DNA of 6,658 nucleotides from Zygophlyctis sp. KS116 (taxonomy: Eukaryota > Fungi > Chytridiomycota), in contig BAAFSQ010000429.1 in the NCBI GenBank assembly GCA_054661495.1, positions 1 to 6,658 on the forward strand, in the 5' to 3' direction. The first letter of the stretch is position 1; the number at the start of each line of letters is the position of its first letter. The notes below the pieces were generated by a model that was not told the origin of the DNA, searched no databases, and saw only the letters and a list, made by a program, of their open reading frames with translations. Shown here piece by piece: positions 1-6,658 of this stretch. Made by a program: the position numbers and the translations under genes.

Positions 1-289
1 GAATGATTCACCCAGAGAATCGCTCGGTACACGAGGAGTGGAAGAGAGGAGAACTTTGGATATAAATGAGAATGGATTAATCTGCTCTTTGTCACTTACA
101 AATGACACACTTGTAGGTAGGACCCCAATTCTGAGTCCTTTTAATCGATATGACGTCGGCTTTATTACTTAAAATAAATTTCCGTAAAACCCCCTCTTAG
201 GAAAAAACATAACTTCTTGCAACAAAAAAGCAACAAGTCTTTCATTAGAGACTATTTCATTATCGTAAAAGAATTGTGACCAGGACTAA

Positions 290-1545
290 AAATGAGGATC
301 TTGTACTAAAATTACTGAATGATTTACAACAAGCGCCACATTTCCCATCGACACTTAATAATGCAAGTATCTTAAGGCCTATAACTCTATCTCATCTGAT
401 TAATACAGTTCTTCTGCCACAACTAATCTATAAATTAAAATTTATACCAATAAGTGATACTAATCTTGACAAAATACAAGGAAAGCTCAGACTGCTGACA
501 AAACAAACGTTTCCACTGCCTATAAATAAAAAAAACAATATTAAAATTATCAGATACAAAGGTATCACAGCATCTGTTCTGAATGCAACATTTACTAGAA
601 TTGACTTGGAAAAAACTAAATTGTAAAGCTTTCACGATTTTATGATTTATCATATGTATAAACAAAAAATATACATGGACAATGGGAAGCTGAACGAGAT
701 ACATGAAATAAATCTAAAGCAGTCGGATCAGGAATATAAGGATTTTCATAAAATATTATTAAAATTGAATTTAAATATTGAAGACATAAAACGCCCTTTT
801 AATAGAAATCAAAGTATATCCTTTGCATAATTTCCAAATTTCTCTTTAAAAAGATAAACAAAACATTTGAAACCTAACTGGTGGCAAGAAATTCTGCGTC
901 ACTTTGGAAAGGTTGATCAAAATATTGATTAAGACTATGCATTCAATTTTAGGACCCAATTCAAACAAAACAATCCAATCGAAATTCATCAGATATCCCG
1001 ATCTAGAAGAAATAGAACTGGACATATGGTAGTTTAAAAGCAGATGAAAATCAAAACTTACAAATGGGCGCAGCAGCCACATTCTGGAACAGGATCAACT
1101 AGACCAAATATTAGTAACATCATCATCCATCCTCAACAAAAGCAGAACTTATTGCAGTTCTATACTCCCTTAAAAAATGCAATTCTAATCAAATTGGTTA
1201 TGTATAACAGCCTTCTCCCAAATATCAAATATTAAATCTAAAATAGGCCTAGAGAATTTAGAAATAGTAGAAGATATTTCAGATCTGATCCAAAAATACG
1301 ATCATATTACATTATTTGTTAAAGTAAATGGACAAAGTAACTTTCCCAAAAATGATCAAGTAGATATACTAGTTTAAAAAACAGAATCAAGAAGAGTATA
1401 AACAACTCACAATTGAATATCTAACAGAAAAACACCAATCAGTAACATAGAAAGTACCATAAAAATGATAAAAATAGTTTGCAACAGGAAAGATATTTTT
1501 GATGTGTCAGACTCTAAAGAACAAAAATTTGGTATTCACTAAAAA
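290..1545 (+). mobile_element. Decayed non-LTR retrotransposon (LINE) ORF2 fragment: post-RT (thumb/connection) region, RNase H and start of the C-terminal region
   Basis: ORF 276..626 contains ITLSHLINTVLLPQLIYKLKFIPISDTNLDKIQGKLR, matching the LIN.V..P.L.Y block that follows the RT core in LINE ORF2 proteins. A clear RNase H follows on the same strand. The sense strand is A-rich and carries several stops and frameshifts. The RT catalytic core is absent. Boundaries are approximate. Confidence 0.75.
1006..1377 (+). pseudogene. RNase H (HI-type) domain pseudogene of the LINE
   Basis: Manual translation across frames shows the motifs in order: W-T-Y-G-S at 1019-1033 (canonical TDGS, GAT>TAT inferred), MGAAATFW, PSSTKAELIAVLYSL from 1127 (catalytic E at 1145-1147), and KVNGQSNFPKNDQVDILV at 1321-1374 (canonical KVKGHS...NE.AD.LA), then stop at 1375-1377. 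The TDS motif is missing at a frameshifting deletion near 1196-1200. The domain is not captured by the ORF track. Confidence 0.85.
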
Positions 1546-1721
1546 CTACCAGTATTGTCTCAAATAGTGAAATGTGTCGTGTTTGGGTGTGTAGGATGCT
1601 AGTTTTACGGTTTAACATGAAGTAATTTTATAATCCCTTTTTCTCAAAGCGGATTGATAGAATAGATCTACTCTCACTTAACTTTGACTTTTAAAGCCCT
1701 AGATATTGTCATTTTTTTCAT

Positions 1722-3170
1722 ATGTCTACCAATCTTTCTAATCAAGATTCTGCCGGGTCATCGGCTTATACAAACGATCAGCGTTTGGCTATCGACGGTT
1801 TCAAAATCAATTATCTTAAACTCAAACTCAATTAATAGAGGCAGGGACTGCACTTCAGAAGCTACCCTCTGTTACCACGGCAGCTTGGAAGAATGCCGCA
1901 ATCAAAAAAGTAGAGTCTCTTACAAAATTGTGTGGTATTTTTTCTTCCATGATAGCAAATTTAGGTGGAGCAGTGAATGGCCCTAGAACTTGTAGCCATG
2001 CACCCAATCTTCCACCCAGACAGGATACTAATATTCTTCAAATGATCTAGTTTGCTCATAATTAACAAATTTGAAAAGAACATAGCCGCGGATGAATTAT
2101 GGATATATTTTGAATCTCTCTGCAAAAACAATAAGTTCTCTTTGACTTTGTCTACACTGTTATTAAATCATTTGGTAGCTAATCATCCAAATGGACCACA
2201 CAGGTATTCTAACAGTGTAGCAGCTGTTTCTCATAAAAATCTCGTAAAAACTCTCATTCTTATGTCAAGCAAATATACTTTTCTAAGCTTCCACCCTCGG
2301 TTCGCCGTTACTAAGGGAAAGTGGACTTGGGGTAGATACATCATGTGCACCAACTGATGGAAGATATGTCTCAATTCATAGGTGTGCCTATAGATGTTGC
2401 AAAAGTGACACGGAAGTTTAGCCAATGTGATGCAGTATTAAAATGCAGTGGTTGTGATAATAAAAAGGGCCTCATTCAAAAAAGATTTCCAGATGGACAA
2501 AGAAGGAGTGCATGTTCCTTTGGCACAGAGAGGTAACAAAATATGTATTAAAGGTTGCGGACAAGAGTATGGTTTTAGGAAAAGGAAGAAAAAAATAATG
2601 AGCAGAACAAGAAAAGGGAGATAAAAATGGTTCAAATTATTGAAAAGGATCATTTTGGAGAAGACTTAAATTTCTTAAAATGCAACAAGATAGTCACCTT
2701 CGAAGATATTCCCGGATCTAACCCAGTTTTTGAATATGCACAAATTCTCTTGAATGGTTTCGAGGCGTACGGTGGAATCGATTAAATGTCTACTCATTCC
2801 TTTGTCTCACCCCAGATTTGCAACCAAATAGGAATCAAATTCGACTTAAATCAAAAAACGGTGGCTTTAGGGTCAAACCGAGAAAGTTTTGGTGTGCATC
2901 AAAGATAAAGAATATATTCATCACCTATTGGTCGAAATTTGTTTGGAAAGTGTGGTGTTGGACTAGTAGGAGTTCCTTAGAAATTTCAAGAGAATGTCAA
3001 CGAAAATGAGTTAGAAGAAATGGCTCACGGGATAGACAATAAATCTATTTCTGACTATGTTCCTTGTATTTGACGAAAGCTTTAATCAATATATAAAGCC
3101 GCAATGCACGGAAAACCAGAAAATTGATAGTTGTTGCAATCTCGAGTACTCAATTTTACAACTCGTGTTT
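1722..3170 (+). mobile_element. Decayed Ty3/Gypsy-like LTR retrotransposon, copy 1: gag, aspartic protease and pre-RT linker, truncated before RT
   Basis: Probable gag ATG at 1722 (MSTNLSNQDSAGSS...), frameshift near 1826. Blocks collinear with copy 2: TTAAWKNAAIKKVESLTKLCGIFSS, KFEKNIAADELW, LLNHLVANHPNG, KLPPSVRRY*GKVDL, FIGVPIDV and partial zinc knuckle ICIKGCGQEY (2541-2570). The protease follows, then ENQKIDSCCNLEYSILQL, which resembles the PR-RT linker of fungal Gypsy pol. No LTR pair was found. Confidence 0.8.
2708..2977 (+). pseudogene. Retropepsin-like aspartic protease, copy 1 (inactivated)
   Basis: Frame +2 reads IPGSNPVFEYAQILLNGFEAYGGID*MSTHSFVSPQICNQIGI, with the catalytic Asp at 2780-2782 followed by TAA (TCA>TAA inferred from copy 2). 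The C-terminal IGRNLFGKCGVGLVGVP starts at 2927 and corresponds to the conserved LGRD motif. Confidence 0.85.
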
Positions 3171-3267
3171 AATCATAATATAAAACGAATAAGAGTAACA
3201 AAAATCTCCAGAATATCACTTATAACATCTCATGCAATTATTCCAAAAAAATAGCTTTAAATAAAAG

Positions 3268-3301
3268 AGTCTGGGAAGATACAAGTTATCCCTCCCAGAC
3301 T
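3268..3301. repeat. Inverted repeat / hairpin
   Basis: AGTCTGGGA (3268-3276) pairs perfectly with TCCCAGACT (3293-3301). An inner GATA/TATC stem (3278-3281 with 3287-3290) closes a CAAGT loop. Confidence 0.8.
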
Positions 3302-3575
3302 TCAGGTGAAAATATGCTCAAAAAACAACAGAAGTTTCATGTCTGAAACAAAGATTATACACAGGCACTTCATCATATAAAAAATATTTAAAAAACAAAA
3401 AAGGGTTTAGAAAATCATAAAAAATAAAAATGAATGACACACACAATCACTGATGAAGGAAATTACTGGAGATTTTAAATTACAGGAGATCAGAACGATC
3501 ACTCTGCATGACAAAGGTGGGTTGGAAGAAACTATTGTGTCTATCAAAAAGTACTTATGTGAAACCTTGTAGTCT

Positions 3576-3657
3576 TTTCTTATCTTTATAAAATTAACTC
3601 TAGGTAAATATATCTTTATAAAATTGGTTTCTTATCTTTATAAAATTGACTCTAGGT
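3576..3657. repeat. Local duplication/triplication
   Basis: A 30-bp unit TTTCTTATCTTTATAAAATT(A/G)ACTCTAGGT occurs at 3576-3605 and 3628-3657 with one mismatch. The 15-bp core TATCTTTATAAAATT occurs three times (3581, 3611, 3633). Confidence 0.95.
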
Positions 3658-3663
3658 CAATAA

Positions 3664-3909
3664 CTATGGAAATCAAACATACTTCAACATGATCCAAATT
3701 TATATATTGGAATTCTGATATATAAAGATCAAACTAAATTTCTGGAAGACAAAGATAAGGTTATACTAATCGGATCTGAAAAATTACTATGGGGACACCG
3801 TCTACTAACTGTTATTGATCCAGGAGACAACAATTTCTCGCTTAAAATAGGTACCAAATTTTTGAAACTAATTCATAGAGAAGGCATCTTTCTCAAAATA
3901 AATAAATGA
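3664..3909 (+). pseudogene. Possible LINE ORF1 remnant (81-codon open frame without ATG)
   Basis: Frame +1 reads LWKSNILQHDPNLYIGILIYKDQTKFLEDKDKVILIGSEKLLWGHRLL... It is A-rich, on the same strand as and ~200 bp upstream of an APE endonuclease, which is the expected ORF1 position. Sequence resemblance to RRM-like ORF1 is weak. Confidence 0.35.
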
Positions 3910-4114
3910 GAATATAAAAGAAAAAATATAAAAAAAATTGTATTGTACATATCTGTAATAAAATTAACCCTAAATAATGTTTATGTTAATAAAGGATCAG
4001 CAAAAGTCCCACCTTCTAAATACATAAAAATATTGCTGTTTTTGAATAAATTAATGAATCTGTCCAGAAAATACTCTCCTCATAACATCTCCAACAGACA
4101 GATACATTCAACGA

Positions 4115-4468
4115 ATGGAAATACACCGCATAAATTTCTTAATTTTAAAAGTTAATAAAGTGAATATTATTTTAGAAAAATTTTCACCGCTTATCTTCAG
4201 TCTGAATGAAATAAAATTACTCAAAGAAAACAAAAATACGATCACTAATCAAATTGATCAAAACTATAAAAAAATTTATAATTGCTCAGAGACAGAAGGA
4301 TCTGCAGGTAACTGCATAATTATTAAAAAAACATTATCAAAACACATAACAAAAATTGATTATCTTCCAGGTGACTTTGGTCTTGGATCAATCATAGTAG
4401 TGAGCTATGTAGTGATCTATAACCCAGTAAAAAATCACTTCAAAAATAGAGCTAATGCCAACAGCTAA
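4115..4468 (+). pseudogene. APE-type (EEP family) endonuclease, N-terminal half of a LINE ORF2
   Basis: KVNIILEKFSPLIFSLNEIKL matches the DI..LQET motif (E at 4208-4210). GSAGNCIIIKKTLSKHITKIDYLPG matches GVAILI...I...GR, and VVIYNP matches the .VYAP motif, with typical order and spacing. The GDFN half is missing. Confidence 0.8.
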
Positions 4469-4469
4469 C

Positions 4470-4850
4470 AAACGAGTTTATGACCCCAAGGCGTTGGAAT
4501 TCATAAGGAAACCATTATCAATTGTTAATTGATTTATAATTGAAAGTGTAGAAAATGGACATGATGGTAATTTAGATGTCATTTTTGGTAAGGTAGAAGA
4601 AATCAAGGGCAAAAAGAGTAAAGACGGCTTTGTGATTATCTGTTTAAGTTGCAAGCGCAACGAGCTTAAATAATAAAGGTTTATTTATTTCATTTCAATT
4701 AATATTTCATTTCATTCTTCACTTAGAATTTATTTCATTTTTTTGAATTTTTGGCTGGATATCGTTCCTTTCAAAACGCATCTGAATGAGAGGGAGGTTT
4801 ATTATGGTATTAATTTTCAGTCCTAAACACTTTTATCAGCCAAAATTGAA
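4470..4850 (+). mobile_element. Unassigned ~380-bp insert interrupting the LINE endonuclease: 3' end of an unknown ORF, T-rich tail and imperfect inverted repeat (possible DNA transposon end)
   Basis: Frame +3 at 4470-4673 reads KRVYDPKALEFIRKPLSIVN*FIIESVENGHDGNLDVIFGKVEEIKGKKSKDGFVIICLSCKRNELK*. A T-rich tract with TATTTCATTT repeats follows (~4683-4745). AATTTTTGGCTGGATA (4746-4761) is an imperfect inverted repeat of TATCAGCCAAAATT (4834-4847). Composition differs from the A-rich LINE flanks. Confidence 0.4.
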
Positions 4851-5186
4851 TAAATTACACTATTAAATCATTAATTTTAGATAAATTCGGTAATCATCAT
4901 CATTATCCTATCTTATATGAGTGTGAATCTGAAACCTTTATATACAACATACAACAAGAATATAACAAACCTCTCAAAGAAAACACAATTTTCTCGGATA
5001 TTTCAAGAGAAAGTAAGGAAAATTTTACTGTTCAACTAAGATCAATAATGTTTAGTGAACTAAACTACGATATCTTAATCGATAACCTTAAAAAAGTAAT
5101 AAAAAACAACTCTAAAACAAACGGCTACTCAGCTTAACAGAAAGAAATTCAACAAATTCAAACAAAGTATGAGAAAAACAGTAAAA
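4850..5186 (+). pseudogene. C-terminal end of the LINE endonuclease plus EN-RT linker
   Basis: Frame +2 reads IKSLILDKFGNHHHYPILYECESE..., where HHYPI (4898-4912) resembles the terminal SDH.P motif of APE domains. A Lys/Asn/Glu-rich helical stretch with one stop follows. A-rich like 4115-4468. Confidence 0.55.
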
Positions 5187-5422
5187 TTAGGGTTAGTAAT
5201 AACTCTACGGCAACTCAGAAAGCTGCAGCGTTAAAACAAGTGAAGGATTTAAAGGAACGATGTGATACTTTTTCTTCTGTGCTAAGCCAATTTAGTGGCA
5301 CAATAAAACATTCACCATCTCCTGGCCCTAGCATAGAAAACTCAAATGCTGCAATGACAATAGCTTTAAATATGGCTTCTTCTTGTGACAAATTCACAAA
5401 GTATACTGCCGCTGATAAATTT

Positions 5423-5437
5423 GGGTTAGGGTTAGGG
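5423..5437 (+). repeat. Short interstitial telomeric repeat (2.5 x TTAGGG)
   Basis: Perfect GGGTTAGGGTTAGGG inside gag copy 2. Confidence 0.85.
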
Positions 5438-6110
5438 GATAGCATTGATACTTCTAAGTAACCTTGTTGCAAAACATCCCAATGGTGCTATGTGGTTCTC
5501 TACATATGTCTCTCCTATAGAACATATTAATTTGACATCTGTAAAGTCAGCCTTCTTCTCTCAATTCTTGCCAGACGAAGCTCAAACAGATCGATTTCAA
5601 GAATTATTAGAAATCAGATATAGGTCTTCTGAAACAGTTATTTCTTTAAGTTCCCAGCTTCGGTACGCCGTTTTACTGGATCAGTGGACCTAAAGAGTTT
5701 CAAAAACACTCAGGAACTGATTGAAAAGATGTGCAAATTTCCTGGCATCCCAGAGGATGTCAAAAAGATCTCTCAACGATATTACCTACGTAACCAGTCG
5801 ATCAGTAGAAGAAAAGAAACTCATTCCCAATGGTAATAGTGGTCTCAAAAGAAAAGTAACTGGTGACAGAAAAGATTTCAAAGTCACGCTTTCAGAAGAG
5901 AATCCATTCAAAGGTAGATTATACTATAATGATTGCGGTCAGATTTTCATGCCTGGCCATGATTGCCCGAAAAAGGGTACTTACCAAGCTAAGAGGGAAG
6001 CTAAAAGAATGGCCAAATCTCTGGTTAATGAAGAAAAGGCTGGAATGTCATCTTTATTAGAATTTGAAAAGGAGTTAGATCTGTTGTGCTCAAAAGTGCA
6101 AATCTATCAA

Positions 6111-6473
6111 ATTCCTGGAAGTTCTCCTTTTAATTATGCACCTCTACTGCTGAATGGAAAAAAATATTTTGCAGGTGTTGATTCGATGGCAACCCATTCA
6201 ATAATCTCACCTACAATTGCCAAGGAATTGAATGTTGCTTTATCACCTCAATCAGGGACAATAACATTGGCAATTGACTCAATTACTAAAAGAATTGGTC
6301 AAAGGGTTTTTAGGGTTATAAAAACCTTCTTCAATAGAAGTTAAATGCAAAAATATAACCACTCATCGTTGTTTTGAAGTTATGGAAACCGGTGGTACTG
6401 GGATAATACTTGGCAGAGATTTATTTGTCAAATTTAATATCAGTCTTAGTGGTCTACCAAAAGACTTTCCATC
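6111..6473 (+). pseudogene. Retropepsin-like aspartic protease, copy 2 (frameshifted)
   Basis: PLLLNGKKYFAGVDSMATHSIISPTIAKELNV with Asp at 6180-6182. After a frameshift near 6303-6325, frame +1 continues SIEVKCKNITTHRCFEVMETGGTGIILGRDLFVKFNISLSGLP (ILGRD at 6406-6420), the hallmark retropepsin C-terminal motif. Confidence 0.9.
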
Positions 6474-6489
6474 AAACAGGAATGGTTAA

Positions 6490-6640
6490 ATTCATCGTCG
6501 CCATTTTCATCAACGAACTCTCTAAGCTAAAAAATCTTTTCAGCATAGTATAAGTTGTGGGTTTCAATTTTCTATTCTTTGCAATGAGTCATCATATTTC
6601 TTCGGTTGTTGGCCTTAGTCTTCTCAGATCTCAAGAGAAT
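6490..6640 (-). mobile_element. Possible hAT-family transposase fragment
   Basis: The - strand reads LIAKNRKLKPTTYTMLKRFFSLESSL. TYTMLKRFFSL (6555-6523) resembles the STY.ML.R...L segment after the hAT TRWNS motif, but TRWNS itself is absent and the match is short. Confidence 0.3.
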
Positions 6641-6658
6641 TAGAATTGAATTTATTTA

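Larger units (their letters stand above)
5197..6489 (+). mobile_element. Decayed Ty3/Gypsy-like LTR retrotransposon, copy 2: 5'-truncated gag, zinc knuckle and aspartic protease
   Basis: ORFs 5240..5461, 5445..5693 and 5721..6344 plus intervening frames join into one gag-PR reading: STATQKAAALKQVKDLKERCDTFSS, KFTKYTAADKF, LLSNLVAKHPNG, KFPASVRRFTGSVDL, FPGIPEDV, knuckle L(Y)YNDCGQIFMPGHDC (5919-5966), then protease. Collinear with copy 1. No RT, integrase or LTR present. Confidence 0.85.

Noticed and set aside
1279-1288. 10-bp palindrome TCAGATCTGA
   Set aside because: It lies within RNase H coding sequence and is of a length expected by chance.
1546-1721. 5' LTR / primer-binding site of Gypsy copy 1
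   Set aside because: The position fits a leader, but no second LTR copy and no recognisable TGG-initiated PBS were found.
2867-2872. TTAGGG as another telomeric filler
   Set aside because: A single hexamer is expected by chance, and it lies in frame in protease codons (ALGS).
3255-3301. Rho-independent terminator on the - strand
   Set aside because: A hairpin plus T-rich tail is present, but nothing indicates prokaryotic or organellar origin.
3450-3462. Hammerhead ribozyme core (CTGATGA...GAAA)
   Set aside because: Only 2 nt separate the two motifs, so there is no stem II, and no flanking stems I/III were found.
3576-3657. CRISPR-like array
   Set aside because: Only two full units, and the intervening sequence is itself a partial repeat copy. 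No cas genes, and the context is eukaryotic TE DNA.
435-5472. Minus-strand ORFs (435-704, 846-1082, 2231-2425, 2438-2653, 4478-4660, 5215-5472) and off-frame + ORFs (1044, 1684, 2818, 5863) as real genes
   Set aside because: They overlap + strand retroelement or insert reading frames and show no motifs of their own, so they are shadow ORFs.
5721-6344. Intact 207-aa protein or domesticated protease gene
   Set aside because: It starts at TTG, its N-terminus is out of frame with the gag reading shared with copy 1, and the ILGRD end is frameshifted away.

Overview
An AT-rich eukaryotic transposable-element graveyard with no intact host gene, RNA gene or CRISPR array. Most ORFs in the supplied track are frameshifted pieces of retroelement genes or antisense shadows of them. 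Reading across frames gives this + strand order: (1) ~290-1545, a decayed LINE ORF2 piece (post-RT region plus RNase H); (2) 1722-~3170, a decayed Ty3/Gypsy-like gag-protease (copy 1) ending just before RT; (3) ~3664-5186, a second decayed LINE (possible ORF1, then an APE endonuclease split by a ~380-bp foreign insert, then linker); (4) ~5197-6489, a second, much diverged member of the same Gypsy family (copy 2); (5) a possible hAT transposase scrap on the - strand at the end. From recall, the motif style resembles elements of early-diverging fungi (inference, not searched). Two observations stand out. Short telomere-repeat (TTAGGG-type) tracts sit at several inferred deletion, fusion or frameshift junctions, which suggests telomerase-like fill-in during break repair. 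Both Gypsy copies carry a non-canonical D-S-M-[A/S]-T-H-S protease active site in place of D-[S/T]-G.
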